From: Synechococcus sp.
Lineage (GTDB): Bacteria > Cyanobacteriota > Cyanobacteriia > PCC-6307 > Cyanobiaceae
Direction of reading: 5' to 3'
Assembly (NCBI GenBank): GCA_047285535.1
Contig: JBJBDC010000001.1
Span: 1,376,136 to 1,440,135 of the forward strand
Length of the DNA: 64,000 nt
Positions 54,101-64,000 of this stretch are shown here, one piece after another. Position 1 is the first letter of the stretch. Each line of letters opens with the position of its first letter. Both the position numbers and the translations under genes were made by a program. The notes under the pieces are model-generated. The model was not told the DNA's origin. It was given only the letters and a program-made list of their open reading frames with translations, and did not search any database.

Positions 54101-55132
54101 ATGCCCGACGAGACCGATCTGATGCCCCAAGACAGCTCCCACGACAAGGATCAAACGTCGTCACCGGAGACCACAGAAGCCAATAGCAAAGACAGCTCCA
54201 TCAGCCCCCCCTTCGAGCACTCTTCGGCCCATCCCCAACCAACAGCAAAAGAGCCCACGGCTGGCGAAGCCTTACTCAGACTTGCCCTGACTGACCTGGA
54301 GGAGCGCCGTGAGGGCTTGCAGCAAGAGATCAAAAGCCTGAACCAGCGGAAACGGCAACTTGAACAGGAGATCACCAGCAGCTTCGTGGGTCAGTCCGAT
54401 TCCCTTGCCCGGCGCGTTAAGGGATTTCAGGAATATCTGAGCGGCGCACTGCAGGACATGGCTCAATCAGTGGAGCAGCTGGAGCTGGTGGCCCAGCCTT
54501 TGGTGGTGCAGCCTTCACCACTTGATCAACAGCCCACTGCCATCGTTGATGGGATTAAGACTAAAGAGCAAGCGCCGGCTGTCGCTGACACCTTTCGACC
54601 CGATGAAGCACTGATTCGCTCCAATCTCGAGCGTTTTCTCGAGCAACCGGACTTTTATGCCGATCCCTGGAAGCTGCGTCGCAGCCTCGACAACAATGAC
54701 ATCGCCTTGCTGGACGACTGGTTTTTCAATCAGGGCGGACGTGGAGCCCAGTCCAGTTGTGGGAGCCGCACCCGAAATGCTTTGGTGAGCAGTGCCCTCA
54801 TTGCCATTCTCAGCGATCTCTATGGCGATCAATTCCAGACACTTGTACTGGCTGGGCAACCAGAGCGACTCGGGGAGTGGCGTCGCGGATTACAAGATGC
54901 CCTGGGTTTAGGACGCGAAGACTTTGGTCCAAATAGCGGCATCGTTCTATTTGAACGCGGCGATGCTTTAGTAGAACGTGCCGACCGTCTCGAAGAGCGC
55001 GGTGAACTCCCACTGATCGTGATCGATGCCGCTGAGCGAGTTGTCGACATTCCAGTCCTGCAGTTTCCTCTTTGGCTGGCGTTCGCGGCTGGGCCTGGTG
55101 AAACCTTCGAGGACGATAACGAGCTGCTCTGA
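54101..55132 (+). CDS. DUF3086 family coiled-coil protein
   Basis: RVKGFQEYL, PDFYADPWKLRR and ERLGEWRRGLQD motifs; AAGGAGG RBS upstream. Confidence 0.85.
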   Translation: MPDETDLMPQDSSHDKDQTSSPETTEANSKDSSISPPFEHSSAHPQPTAKEPTAGEALLRLALTDLEERREGLQQEIKSLNQRKRQLEQEITSSFVGQSDSLARRVKGFQEYLSGALQDMAQSVEQLELVAQPLVVQPSPLDQQPTAIVDGIKTKEQAPAVADTFRPDEALIRSNLERFLEQPDFYADPWKLRRSLDNNDIALLDDWFFNQGGRGAQSSCGSRTRNALVSSALIAILSDLYGDQFQTLVLAGQPERLGEWRRGLQDALGLGREDFGPNSGIVLFERGDALVERADRLEERGELPLIVIDAAERVVDIPVLQFPLWLAFAAGPGETFEDDNELL

Positions 55133-55719
55133 TGGGTTTCCTTTCTCTACTCCTCGGCTACTTACTCGGATCCATCCCCAGTGGCTGGCTTGCTGGACGC
55201 TGGCTGAAGGGAATTGACTTGCGGGAGCTGGGTTCAGGCTCCACGGGTGCAACCAACGTTCTGCGTCAAGTGGGTAAAGGTCCTGCCCTGGTGGTCTTTC
55301 TGGTCGATGTCAGCAAAGGAGCCGCCGCTGTCTTGCTGGCCAGAGCTATTGGGCTCGGCGACTGGATTCAGGTGCTCGCAGGCCTTGCCGCCCTAGCTGG
55401 CCACATCTGGCCCGTTTGGTTGAGGTTCAAAGGAGGAAAAGCGGTCGCGACCGGCTTCGGAATGTTTCTAGGCCTGGCCTGGCCTGCAGGGCTGGCCAGT
55501 TTTGGAGTTTTTTTAGCGACACTTGGCCTCTTCCGGATTGTGTCGCTTGCCAGCGTCGTGGCCGCCATCAGCTTACCCCTGCTAATGAGCCTGCTATCAG
55601 TCAGCGGCCCTTCCCTACTCATCGCGCTGATTGCCATGGGGTTGGTCCTCTGGCGTCACCGCAGCAACCTGTCAAGGATCATGGAAGGAAGCGAGCCAAA
55701 AATTGGCAAGACCAACTAG
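55132..55719 (+). CDS. plsY: Glycerol-3-phosphate acyltransferase
   Basis: YLLGSIP, GSGSTGATN, FKGGKAVAT and RHRSN motifs. Confidence 0.95.
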   Translation: MGFLSLLLGYLLGSIPSGWLAGRWLKGIDLRELGSGSTGATNVLRQVGKGPALVVFLVDVSKGAAAVLLARAIGLGDWIQVLAGLAALAGHIWPVWLRFKGGKAVATGFGMFLGLAWPAGLASFGVFLATLGLFRIVSLASVVAAISLPLLMSLLSVSGPSLLIALIAMGLVLWRHRSNLSRIMEGSEPKIGKTN

Positions 55720-55743
55720 ACCTTCGCTGCATGTTGGATGCAA

Positions 55744-56475
55744 TCACATGGTCAAAGCAGCACAACACTCCTCAAAGGCTCCACTCGGATCCACAGCTTT
55801 GGTGATCGGCCGGCCGATCACGATCTGAGAAGCCCCGGCCAAGATCGCTTCGTTTGGGGTCATCACCCGTACCTGATCGCCCACAGCACTGCCTTTAGGA
55901 CGAATTCCTGGGGTTACAAGAGTAAATGGCTTTGGATGCTGAGCTCGCAAGGCCGCGACCTCTAATGGAGAAGACACACAACCGCCAATGCCAGCTGTTG
56001 CGGCCAGATGAGCCAGCCCCATCACCCGCTCGGCGATGCCTTGCTCGAGTGCAAGCTCTTGCTGCAGCCGATGCTCTTTCCAGCTGGTAAGCACCGTCAC
56101 CGCGAGCAATGTGGGCCTTGCCATGCCAGTGGATGCTGCCCCAGCGTCCACCGCAGCCTGGGCGGCCTTGAGAGCTTCATGGCCGGCGCAGGCATGGACC
56201 GTGATGAGCTCCGCGCCTAGTTCAGCAGCACGCCTGGAGGCTCTAGCCATCGTCGTGGGTATGTCATGAAACTTGAGATCCAGAAACACTCGCTGTCCCT
56301 GATCACGCAATTGAGTCACTATGTCAGGCCCCGCCTTCACGAATAGCTCCAGGCCTACTTTCACCCACTCAAGACCTTTTACCTTGCGGCTGAACAACAG
56401 GGCCTCTTCCGGCTCCATGCCATCCAGGGCCACAATAATCCGTTCAGCTGATTGAGAAGAAACAAAAGCGGCCAC
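55744..56475 (-). CDS. pyrF: Orotidine 5'-phosphate decarboxylase
   Basis: [18 protein letters not shown] and IGRPI motifs. Confidence 0.96.
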   Translation of the reverse strand: MAAFVSSQSAERIIVALDGMEPEEALLFSRKVKGLEWVKVGLELFVKAGPDIVTQLRDQGQRVFLDLKFHDIPTTMARASRRAAELGAELITVHACAGHEALKAAQAAVDAGAASTGMARPTLLAVTVLTSWKEHRLQQELALEQGIAERVMGLAHLAATAGIGGCVSSPLEVAALRAQHPKPFTLVTPGIRPKGSAVGDQVRVMTPNEAILAGASQIVIGRPITKAVDPSGAFEECCAALTM

Positions 56476-56628
56476 ACTTTATCTGCAGAAGATCCAGGTC
56501 GTGCAATTTAAATAGCAATTCGGTCGAACAGACCTGCCCGTGAACACAATCTGCAAGGAAACGATCCTGCATGCCATTAACTCGTAACACACCTCCAGCC
56601 AAAAGCAGCTACCAAAGAGCATCAGCCA

Positions 56629-56949
56629 GTGGCACAACGTTGTAGTCCATCTTCCGACTCAAAAATTGATCCAAAGGCCACACTGACCTTCATCCAATCG
56701 ATTCGCAGGGCGATCGATCTTGGGTTCACACAACCAGGCCTCGATCTTCGTGCTTGGATCCATGCTTATGAAGCGAGAGACCTCGCCAAACTCTCAATCA
56801 ACAGCAAATCCATGAATCACAACAATCCTGTAGGCTACAAGATTCAAAGAATTGTTCACGTCAATCGAAAGATTCAAGATGTCAATCACAAGAACCTTCA
56901 ACCCTCACCCGAGGCAAAGGCCACCATCAAAACGAATCACAAAGACTAG
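56629..56949 (+). CDS. Possible hypothetical protein
   Basis: 106-aa ORF, the only long one in the gap; no recognised motif. Confidence 0.35.
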   Translation: MAQRCSPSSDSKIDPKATLTFIQSIRRAIDLGFTQPGLDLRAWIHAYEARDLAKLSINSKSMNHNNPVGYKIQRIVHVNRKIQDVNHKNLQPSPEAKATIKTNHKD

Positions 56950-57021
56950 GAACTAACTCCACTAAAACGCAAGATTACAGCCAATATCCAAGCACTTAAT
57001 ATGCAGACTCTGCGAAAACAA

Positions 57022-57426
57022 TCAATACAAAACCGGCCTTACAGAACGCCTTCGTCCTAATACCTTGCGCTCTACCACACCTTTTTTCTTTTGATAATGA
57101 ACTAAGCGGTCACCCTCAAGAGTGTTCATGCTTTGAATACCAGCCTGTCGATAATCACGACCAAACGGAACAACCCAAGCCTTCCCATTACGCATCACAT
57201 AGACGAGGAATCGATTGTCTTCACTAATGCAAAATCGCACATTTACGTCATCAAAAACTCCAACATCGCTGCCAAATTCGGCCTCACTGTAATCACACGC
57301 TTGAGCTCGCTCATACTCATCCTTAATCCCAGCAATGGATGGGCAGGCTATAATCACACTTATCCAAAAGATAAACAGTATCCTGAAGATTGAGCGTGAA
57401 GATTTCACTTCAGCCACGTTGGTCAC
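57022..57426 (-). CDS. Hypothetical protein, probably exported
   Basis: Signal-like RILFIFWISVIIACPSIA followed by a small domain with a Cys pair. Confidence 0.65.
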   Translation of the reverse strand: MTNVAEVKSSRSIFRILFIFWISVIIACPSIAGIKDEYERAQACDYSEAEFGSDVGVFDDVNVRFCISEDNRFLVYVMRNGKAWVVPFGRDYRQAGIQSMNTLEGDRLVHYQKKKGVVERKVLGRRRSVRPVLY

Positions 57427-57491
57427 AACATCGATCTGCAGCAGTCATAGCAGCACATCAAAGCTCTGGTCATCCAGGTACCGTTCCAGCC

Positions 57492-58739
57492 TTAGCGAAC
57501 TAATCGCTTGAATGTCTTTTTCCCAAGCTGAAGCACCTTGCCTTCCAAGTCAGTAGACGAAGCAAATTCCAGATTGGGATCAGTGATCTTTTCCCCATCA
57601 AGCCGTGCCGCGCCCCCTTTAATCTGCCGACGCGCTTCGCTACTGCTTGCACAGATACCTACAGCACTCAGCAAATAAAATGCCTTAGCCGGAAAATTAA
57701 CTTCGGCCAGGGAAACTTCTGGCACATCTGCATCTGCGTCACCCGCACCACCCACCAAGGAGGCGGCATCAGCCTGAGCTTTCTGAGCCACCTCCAATCC
57801 GTAACGGTTTGCTGTTACCTCCAGAGCCATTGTTTTCTGTCTCTCACGCGGATCGTCCGGCAAAACATCTTGTGCCAGATCTGTTAACAACAACACATAG
57901 TCGTTGATGGCAGCATCACCGACTTTTTCGAGCTTGGAATACATCGAAAGTGGATCTTCCTCTAGACCCACCGTGTTGCCCAGACTCTTACTCATTTTCT
58001 GAACCCCATCAAGACCCACCAGAATTGGCAGAAGCAAACCGAATTGTGTTCTCCGGCCAAAATGACGCTGTAAGTCACGGCCCATGGCCACATTGAATTT
58101 CTGATCGGTACCTCCCAACTCCACATCAGCATCAACAGCTACAGAGTCATATCCCTGCAATAAGGGGTAAAGGAACTCATGCAAAGCGATTGGGCTGCCG
58201 CTTCCATAACGCTTGGCAAAGTCATCTTTCGCGAGCATTTGCCCCACAGTTGTCGTTCCTAAAAGGCCAATCACCTTGGAAAGATCAAGGCCCTCAAGCC
58301 ATTCACTGTTGCGACGCACCTCCAGACGCCCTGGGGTTTCAAAGTCAAGCAGCCCCTGGCCCTTAGGCTTGCCCTGCCCAAGTTGGCGTAAGTAAGTCGC
58401 TGCATTGGCATCGACCTGATCAGTCGTGAGCTGTACCCGTGTGGCGCTCTTGCCCGTTGGATCACCAATGCGGGCGGTGAAATCACCAATGATCAAGACT
58501 GCCGTATGCCCTGCATCCTGAAATGCCCGAAGTTTGCGAAACAAAATGCTGTGGCCAAGGTGAATATCACTTCCGGTTGGGTCAATGCCCAGCTTCACTC
58601 GCAGTGGACGCTGTTCAGCCTCAGCAACTGCCAAACGTGCTGCTAGAGCCTGATCCCCATCGGCAGGGTCTCCATCTGGAAATAAATCATCTATCCCCCT
58701 GGCCAGCCAAGGAGGCAGGGAATGGGGATGGACTTGCAT
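57492..58739 (-). CDS. tyrS: Tyrosine--tRNA ligase
   Basis: [24 protein letters not shown] and a C-terminal S4 domain. Confidence 0.97.
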   Translation of the reverse strand: MQVHPHSLPPWLARGIDDLFPDGDPADGDQALAARLAVAEAEQRPLRVKLGIDPTGSDIHLGHSILFRKLRAFQDAGHTAVLIIGDFTARIGDPTGKSATRVQLTTDQVDANAATYLRQLGQGKPKGQGLLDFETPGRLEVRRNSEWLEGLDLSKVIGLLGTTTVGQMLAKDDFAKRYGSGSPIALHEFLYPLLQGYDSVAVDADVELGGTDQKFNVAMGRDLQRHFGRRTQFGLLLPILVGLDGVQKMSKSLGNTVGLEEDPLSMYSKLEKVGDAAINDYVLLLTDLAQDVLPDDPRERQKTMALEVTANRYGLEVAQKAQADAASLVGGAGDADADVPEVSLAEVNFPAKAFYLLSAVGICASSSEARRQIKGGAARLDGEKITDPNLEFASSTDLEGKVLQLGKKTFKRLVR

Positions 58740-58775
58740 AACGGAAGCTCTCTGTTGTGCAGCGGATCGTACGGC

Positions 58776-59105
58776 TCACGATCCTTCAGATTGTTCTAGC
58801 TGGCTTTTCATTCGTTCCAGAGTCTGATTCATCTGCTCGAACATCTGTTCTGGAGTGATCCCAAACTGACTCAGCTGCGTACGCAGCTGTTCAACCGTGA
58901 GCTTGGCTTGGAAGTCTTCCGAGAGTTCAAAGCGCTTCATGAAAACGCGATAACGAGCCATCAGATCTTCCATCGTGTCAATGAACTTCTTTTTCCCTTC
59001 ACGATCAAACTTTCCATAATCCGACCCCAGTTGCATCAACTGCTGATAATCACCAAACAGATGCTTCGCCTCTTCCTGCACGATCTCGGAATCGAAGAAG
59101 GCCAT
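58776..59105 (-). CDS. DUF1825 family protein
   Basis: MAFFDSEIVQEEAK...YGKFDREGK motif. Confidence 0.85.
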   Translation of the reverse strand: MAFFDSEIVQEEAKHLFGDYQQLMQLGSDYGKFDREGKKKFIDTMEDLMARYRVFMKRFELSEDFQAKLTVEQLRTQLSQFGITPEQMFEQMNQTLERMKSQLEQSEGS

Positions 59106-59211
59106 GGTCTTGCGAAAGAATCATTCATAGTTTGAACAATTGATTGAATTCCTCACAGTGCGGATCCACGCCCTCTAACCGAAGCCAACATGTCCTTAGC
59201 GGCAAGATCAC

Positions 59212-59940
59212 GTGGATCTCACCTCCCAGATCCCCAGACTTCAGACACGCAGTCGTGAAGGTCATAGTTTTCTGCGCAGCAGCCGCACAGCAATTGCCAC
59301 AGCGGATCGAGTTTTATTAGCGAGCTGGATGGGCTGGTTTCAGGATCTTGGGCACCTGGTTGGTGCAACCACCACAGAAGAGGATTGCATTAAAAGCCTG
59401 CAACACACAGAAGCTGACCTCCTGATCTGCACTGACCAGCTTGAGGGCGGAAACGGTGTCAGTCTTGTACGAAGTGCCAAGCAGCACAAGCCGACGCTGA
59501 AAACTTTGCTCCTTGTTCAACGGCCAATTTTGCGCACGATTCTTCAAGCGATTGATGCGTCTTGTGATGGATTGTGCTCCCATCAAAACGTTGGCTCTGG
59601 AACCGTCACGGCAGCGCTGACAGCGATCGAATCCGATGGTTCATACCTTGACCCGGAGATCGCCGGCGTTTTACGTCACGGTCGACTGGGACGCTCAAAT
59701 GCTCTCGCCATGCCTACCGAGCTCAGTGTCAAAGAAGAAGACGTACTGCGCGGACTCTGCAAGGGCATGAGCAATCAGGACATTGCAGACAGCCTTGTCA
59801 TCTCGATCGACACAGTGAAATCACATATCGGCAGCCTGTTACGCAAACTGAAAGCCAACAATCGCACCCATGCGGTTGTCGTTGCCTTTCAAGAAGGACT
59901 GGTCGACATGCCATCCCAACCACCGCGCTGGACCCCCTAA
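59212..59940 (+). CDS. LuxR/NarL-family response regulator with atypical receiver domain
   Basis: LSVKEEDVL...GMSNQDIA...TVKSH...KL...NRT LuxR HTH. Confidence 0.88.
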   Translation: MDLTSQIPRLQTRSREGHSFLRSSRTAIATADRVLLASWMGWFQDLGHLVGATTTEEDCIKSLQHTEADLLICTDQLEGGNGVSLVRSAKQHKPTLKTLLLVQRPILRTILQAIDASCDGLCSHQNVGSGTVTAALTAIESDGSYLDPEIAGVLRHGRLGRSNALAMPTELSVKEEDVLRGLCKGMSNQDIADSLVISIDTVKSHIGSLLRKLKANNRTHAVVVAFQEGLVDMPSQPPRWTP

Positions 59941-59961
59941 CGCCTACGGCTTGATGTCGGT

Positions 59962-60573
59962 ATGGTCCTGGCCAAGGAGCAACTCATCAAAGCAATGGCG
60001 CGCCAGCACTGGCTTGATCCTCTAGCTCGCAAGCTTTTACAGGTCACCGGCGACCTACCAAAGGACCCTCGTCCCAGGCCTATTGACGAGACTAGGAATG
60101 AGCCTGACCCAGTTGAAAGATGGAGACTGGACGTCAACCGAGCCACTCCTGAGCTTTGGCAGAAACTGCCTGGTTGCAGTGAGGACATGGTCGACGTTCT
60201 GATGAGACTCCAGCGAGGTGGGGTGCAATTCACCCACCTGGATGATCTCGCCTTGCTGCTTGACCTTCCTCCCGATCTCGTTGAACTCTGGAAGCCCCAT
60301 CTCTTATTTCGCTGGCATGGAGACGCTCCTGTTCTGCCTGACCAGCCTCCACTGAATCTCAATGCTGCAGCTCCTTCGTTGCTGGAGCAGACACTGCAAT
60401 GGCCAAAGCCGAGGCTTCAAGGTTTAATCCAGGAACGCCGCCGTCAGCCGTTCGAGCATCTCGCTGATCTGCAGGAAAGGCTTTGTCTACCACCTGATGT
60501 CGTGGAGCAACTGATTGGGCGTGTGAGCTTTGGGGCCCGACCATCAGGACCTAGCCTCCCTCCTAGGAGCTAG
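59962..60573 (+). CDS. Helix-hairpin-helix (ComEA-like) domain protein
   Basis: Two repeats, LDVNRAT...LPG and LNLNAA...F..LADL; start may be ATG 59995. Confidence 0.78.
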   Translation: MVLAKEQLIKAMARQHWLDPLARKLLQVTGDLPKDPRPRPIDETRNEPDPVERWRLDVNRATPELWQKLPGCSEDMVDVLMRLQRGGVQFTHLDDLALLLDLPPDLVELWKPHLLFRWHGDAPVLPDQPPLNLNAAAPSLLEQTLQWPKPRLQGLIQERRRQPFEHLADLQERLCLPPDVVEQLIGRVSFGARPSGPSLPPRS

Positions 60574-60577
60574 GTCA

Positions 60578-61168
60578 ATGACGACCGGAGCACACCAGGG
60601 CAATCTTTTCGAACAGCCCTTGGCAAAAACAGAAGGGCTTTCCGAGCCTTCTCTGCCTCTGAGTGCAACGCTGCTGCGGGAGTGGCAGCAACGGATTTAT
60701 AAGTTTCAATCACCTCTTTTCGAAGATCAAAACCAACGCGCCATCCAACCCCAACTCTTTACCACAAGCACTTCCAATCGCCTGAGTGACTTTCGACCCT
60801 TGGGACTCAGGCCCTTACCTCTGAGCTTCTGGCGCTGGCCCAAGAGTCCTCATCAAGGTGCAGCCATCTATTTTGTGATGGATCGCCCCATTGAACTTCA
60901 ACAGCCCATTCTTCTGTACATAGGCGAAACCAAGGCAGCAGATCGTCGATGGAAGGGCGAACATGACTGCAAGGCCTATCTGGCGAGCTATCAAGAAGCC
61001 TGCATGAGCGCAGGCTTGTGCTGCAGCCCAAGCATTCGTTTCTGGGCTGATGTTCCTCAGAAGACCAGCACGCGACGTCAACTCGAACAAAGTCTTATTC
61101 GCCTATGGCAACCTCCGTTCAACAAAGAAACGCGTGAGCGTTGGTCCACCCCGTTCCATGCCAGCTAA
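60578..61168 (+). CDS. GIY-YIG nuclease family protein
   Basis: AIYFV...LLYIGET...RRW...LEQ.LI...PPFN motifs. Confidence 0.82.
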   Translation: MTTGAHQGNLFEQPLAKTEGLSEPSLPLSATLLREWQQRIYKFQSPLFEDQNQRAIQPQLFTTSTSNRLSDFRPLGLRPLPLSFWRWPKSPHQGAAIYFVMDRPIELQQPILLYIGETKAADRRWKGEHDCKAYLASYQEACMSAGLCCSPSIRFWADVPQKTSTRRQLEQSLIRLWQPPFNKETRERWSTPFHAS

Positions 61169-61208
61169 GGGCGCCTCTTAGCATCAGCGCAAGCGTCAAC
61201 CCTTCTCT

Positions 61209-62699
61209 ATGCATATCTCCCTTTCCTCGGCCCAGGCTCAGGCATGGTCAGGGAACGTTTTGGCCATAGGCATCGCGAAGGGGGATCCCCATGGCTGGAT
61301 TCCAGCTATGGAAGAGCGCTTTTCAATCTCTCTCGGCGAATGGTTGGAACAACGAAAATTTCAAGGGAAATGTGGAGAGAGTGCGAGCCTTCAATTACTC
61401 AATCCAGAGTGCACGTGCCTGGTGCTAATCGGCATTGGACCTCTTGAGTCCATTGAAGTCAATGTCTTCCGACGGGCCGCTGCAGCTGCAGCCCGCGCAA
61501 GCCAGGACCAGAGCGGCAGCCTTGGCTTGTTACTCCCGTGGGACGCTGTTGATACAGAACATGCTGTAACCGCTGCAGCTCAGGCCGTCAGGCTTGTTCT
61601 CTATAGCGATCAACGTTTCCGCGGCAAACCGGATCCCAGCGTTCATCCTGAGCGACTGGAGCTGCTTGGCCCCGTGCCGACTTCCCTTAGCAGGGCCCTC
61701 GAAGCCATCAATCCCATTTGTGCTGGGGTCGAACTCGCAAGAGAACTTGTTGCCGCTCCTCCAAACAGCGTTACTCCATCCACCCTTGCCGATAGTGCGG
61801 CTCAGATCGCGCAAGCGCATGGATTGGAGTTAAAGGTCCTGGAGCGCAGCGACTGTGAAGGCAGAGGGATGGGGTCATTCCTCTCGGTCTGTCAAGGCTC
61901 AGATATGGACCCCAAATTCATCCATCTCACTTATCACCCTCCCGGCCCAGCATCAAGGCGTTTGGTCTTGGTAGGCAAGGGCCTCACCTTCGATTCTGGC
62001 GGTTACAACCTGAAAGTGGGTGCTGCTCAGATCGACATGATGAAGTTCGATATGGGAGGCAGTGCTGCGGTACTTGGAGCAATGCGCTCAATTGCAGAGC
62101 TCCGTCCTGACGGCGTGGAAGTGCACATGTTGGTGGCGGCCTGCGAAAACATGATTAATGGCTCAGCAGTGCACCCCGGCGACATCGTCACGGCCTCCAA
62201 TGGCACCACCATTGAGATCAACAACACGGATGCTGAAGGCCGATTGACTCTTGCTGATGCACTGGTCTATGCATCCGGACTGGAGCCCGATGCCATCGTT
62301 GACCTTGCAACATTGACCGGTGCATGCGTCATCGCACTCGGTGACGAAATTGCTGGTCTTTGGACCTGCGACAACGATCTGGCCTCCGCATTGGAAAGGG
62401 CAGCGTCAGATGCGGGGGAAGGACTTTGGCGTATGCCAATGCACAACTCCTACCGAAAAGGCCTTAAATCACTTCTTGCAGATTTGAAAAATACAGGTCC
62501 CCGTCCTGGAGGCTCCATTACAGCCGCGTTGTTTCTCAAGGAATTTGTCCACAGCTCCATTCCGTGGGCACATATCGATATTGCGGGCACGGTATGGAGC
62601 GATAAAGGGAGAGGGGTGGATCCACCTGGGGCAACTGGATACGGGGTGAGAACCTTAGTGAATTGGGTATGTTCTCAAACACAACAGGCCGAGACTTAG
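61209..62699 (+). CDS. pepA: Leucyl aminopeptidase (M17)
   Basis: GKGLTFDSGG, KFDMGG, NTDAEGRL and HIDIAG motifs. Confidence 0.96.
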   Translation: MHISLSSAQAQAWSGNVLAIGIAKGDPHGWIPAMEERFSISLGEWLEQRKFQGKCGESASLQLLNPECTCLVLIGIGPLESIEVNVFRRAAAAAARASQDQSGSLGLLLPWDAVDTEHAVTAAAQAVRLVLYSDQRFRGKPDPSVHPERLELLGPVPTSLSRALEAINPICAGVELARELVAAPPNSVTPSTLADSAAQIAQAHGLELKVLERSDCEGRGMGSFLSVCQGSDMDPKFIHLTYHPPGPASRRLVLVGKGLTFDSGGYNLKVGAAQIDMMKFDMGGSAAVLGAMRSIAELRPDGVEVHMLVAACENMINGSAVHPGDIVTASNGTTIEINNTDAEGRLTLADALVYASGLEPDAIVDLATLTGACVIALGDEIAGLWTCDNDLASALERAASDAGEGLWRMPMHNSYRKGLKSLLADLKNTGPRPGGSITAALFLKEFVHSSIPWAHIDIAGTVWSDKGRGVDPPGATGYGVRTLVNWVCSQTQQAET

Positions 62700-62731
62700 G
62701 TTTTTCTGAGATTGTGAATCGACGTAAGCGA

Positions 62732-62968
62732 ATGGCCTCAAGACCCTTGCGCTGGTATGTGCGGGCTCAACTTGGAGTTCTCCTTCTCCCCGCAGGACTC
62801 TGTCTGTTCGGAGAAGCCATCAGTCGAAGAATCATTCAGCTGCTTGGCCAAGATCGTGGACCATGGTTTTGGTATGGCACTTTGAGCTTGATTTGCATCA
62901 ACGCAGGAATAGGCCTAATGATCGAAAGTGGTTTATTCCGAGGATATCCAGGACGACAGCTGGATTAA
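62732..62968 (+). CDS. Small two-TM membrane hypothetical protein
   Basis: GLCLFGEA...WFWYGTLSL; start at ATG 62732. Confidence 0.7.
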   Translation: MASRPLRWYVRAQLGVLLLPAGLCLFGEAISRRIIQLLGQDRGPWFWYGTLSLICINAGIGLMIESGLFRGYPGRQLD

Positions 62969-63138
62969 GACGCGACAGCAGTGACTACACGAGGACATTC
63001 CAATGCATGAATTTGCCAACGTGCTCTGTCAGAACAACTCGCTAAAACACGATCCAAATCATCGGAAGCCTGCTTAGTTGAAGGATATGGACCCACGTGT
63101 CGCGTCACCAGACCATCCTTGATCGTCAGCAGATACAT
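62965..63138 (-). CDS. Small hypothetical protein (57 aa)
   Basis: MYLLTIKDGLVTRHVGPY...; GGAGG upstream of ATG 63138; shares TTAA with the convergent gene. Confidence 0.7.
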   Translation of the reverse strand: MYLLTIKDGLVTRHVGPYPSTKQASDDLDRVLASCSDRARWQIHALECPRVVTAVAS

Positions 63139-63282
63139 ACAGCCCCTCCACAAAAACTTGGACCAATGTTAAGGACAAAGTATTGACTCGTCGAGAGGGG
63201 AAAACCCTCATGTTTACTGAGAAATGCCTGAATCAAGTCAAAAGGCAAATCACAGAATTTCTTTATATTTCACCCGTTTATG

Positions 63283-63918
63283 TCATTGCGCTTGAGGAGT
63301 CGCCCAGGCAGTGCCCTTCCTCGCACGTTGCCCCCATACGGCATCAAGTCGACGATCACGACCGCAACTAAAGCGGTAGTAGCTGTAGAGAAGAGCGTTG
63401 TTTTTAGCGTAGTTTTGATGATATTCCTCTGCTGGCCAGAAGCGAGCAGCATCACGAATCTGAACCTTGATCCTGGATTGGGGAACTCCTAATTCGGTTG
63501 ATGCTGCAACTGCACTGGCCTTGGCGGTCGTAGCCTGTTGCTTCCCATCAGTAAAGATAACGGGCCTGTAGGAGTCACCACGATCACAAAACTGGCCTTT
63601 TCCATCAAAAGGGTCAATGTTGCGCCAGTAATGCTGCAAAAGGCTGGCATAACTGATCTTTTCTGAATCAAAACGCACACGTACCGCCTCCTGATGGCCA
63701 CTGTTTTCACCACTGACCTGCTGGTAAGTGGGCCTCTCCACATGACCACCGCTATAACCGCTTTCGGCAGAGATCACCCCTGGGACTTGCTCCAAATCAT
63801 GCTCTAGGCACCAAAAACAACCACCTGCAAGAACGGCATCCTGGACAGCAGCCAGAACTGATGTGGGGCTGAACAAAAGAATGATGCTGGTCAACACCAG
63901 CGGGATGAACGATCTCAT
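63283..63918 (-). CDS. msrA: Peptide methionine sulfoxide reductase A with signal peptide
   Basis: GGCFWC, AEEYHQNY and CGRD motifs; start at ATG 63918, just after the lpxB stop. Confidence 0.95.
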   Translation of the reverse strand: MRSFIPLVLTSIILLFSPTSVLAAVQDAVLAGGCFWCLEHDLEQVPGVISAESGYSGGHVERPTYQQVSGENSGHQEAVRVRFDSEKISYASLLQHYWRNIDPFDGKGQFCDRGDSYRPVIFTDGKQQATTAKASAVAASTELGVPQSRIKVQIRDAARFWPAEEYHQNYAKNNALLYSYYRFSCGRDRRLDAVWGQRARKGTAWATPQAQ

Positions 63919-63922
63919 CAAG

Positions 63923-64000
63923 TCAGGCTGGCTTTTTGATTTGATCCAAAATGGCTTCTGCTGCACGATCGGTCACTCCTGGTTCACCAAGGGTGTTGCG
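63923..64000 (-). CDS. lpxB: 3' end of probable lipid-A-disaccharide synthase, truncated by the window edge
   Basis: RNTLGEPGVTDRAAEAILDQIKKPA* resembles the cyanobacterial LpxB C-terminus; only 25 aa visible. Confidence 0.7.
   Translation of the reverse strand, partial: RNTLGEPGVTDRAAEAILDQIKKPA

Overview
This 64 kb window is chromosome from a marine picocyanobacterium, most likely Synechococcus. The evidence is the hyperconserved protein HCP next to rplS/tRNA-Trp, psaFJ, petCA, two HLIPs and cyAbrB. It is mostly core genome: ctaCDE and ctaAB, an ABC-2 transporter, nanE, groEL2, fabG, ispD, plqA/ubiA, ppx, petC-petA-lgt-cobM, tatC, NFACT/RqcH, gmk, psaFJ, tsaD, pilT, wecB, gltX, map, gluQ, HU, glgX, mlaE, plsY, pyrF, tyrS, pepA, msrA and the 3' end of lpxB. 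Five tRNA genes were read directly: Val-CAC, Asp-GTC, Trp-CCA and two identical Gly-TCC. Three stretches look accessory: a gene-sparse, AT-richer islet of small ORFs (about 40.8-46.3 kb), the 644 bp between the two tRNA-Gly copies, and the pyrF-tyrS interval. I found no CRISPR array, integrase, transposase, prophage or recognisable defence operon, and I cannot support a complete new system. The most notable observations are a full-length tandem tRNA-Gly duplication that includes a diverged copy of the upstream leader, a cobM frame whose stop codon lies inside the mature tRNA-Val, several small ORFs missing from the ORF track, and a divergent NfeD/SPFH pair. Product calls come from motif recognition and gene context; no database search was run.
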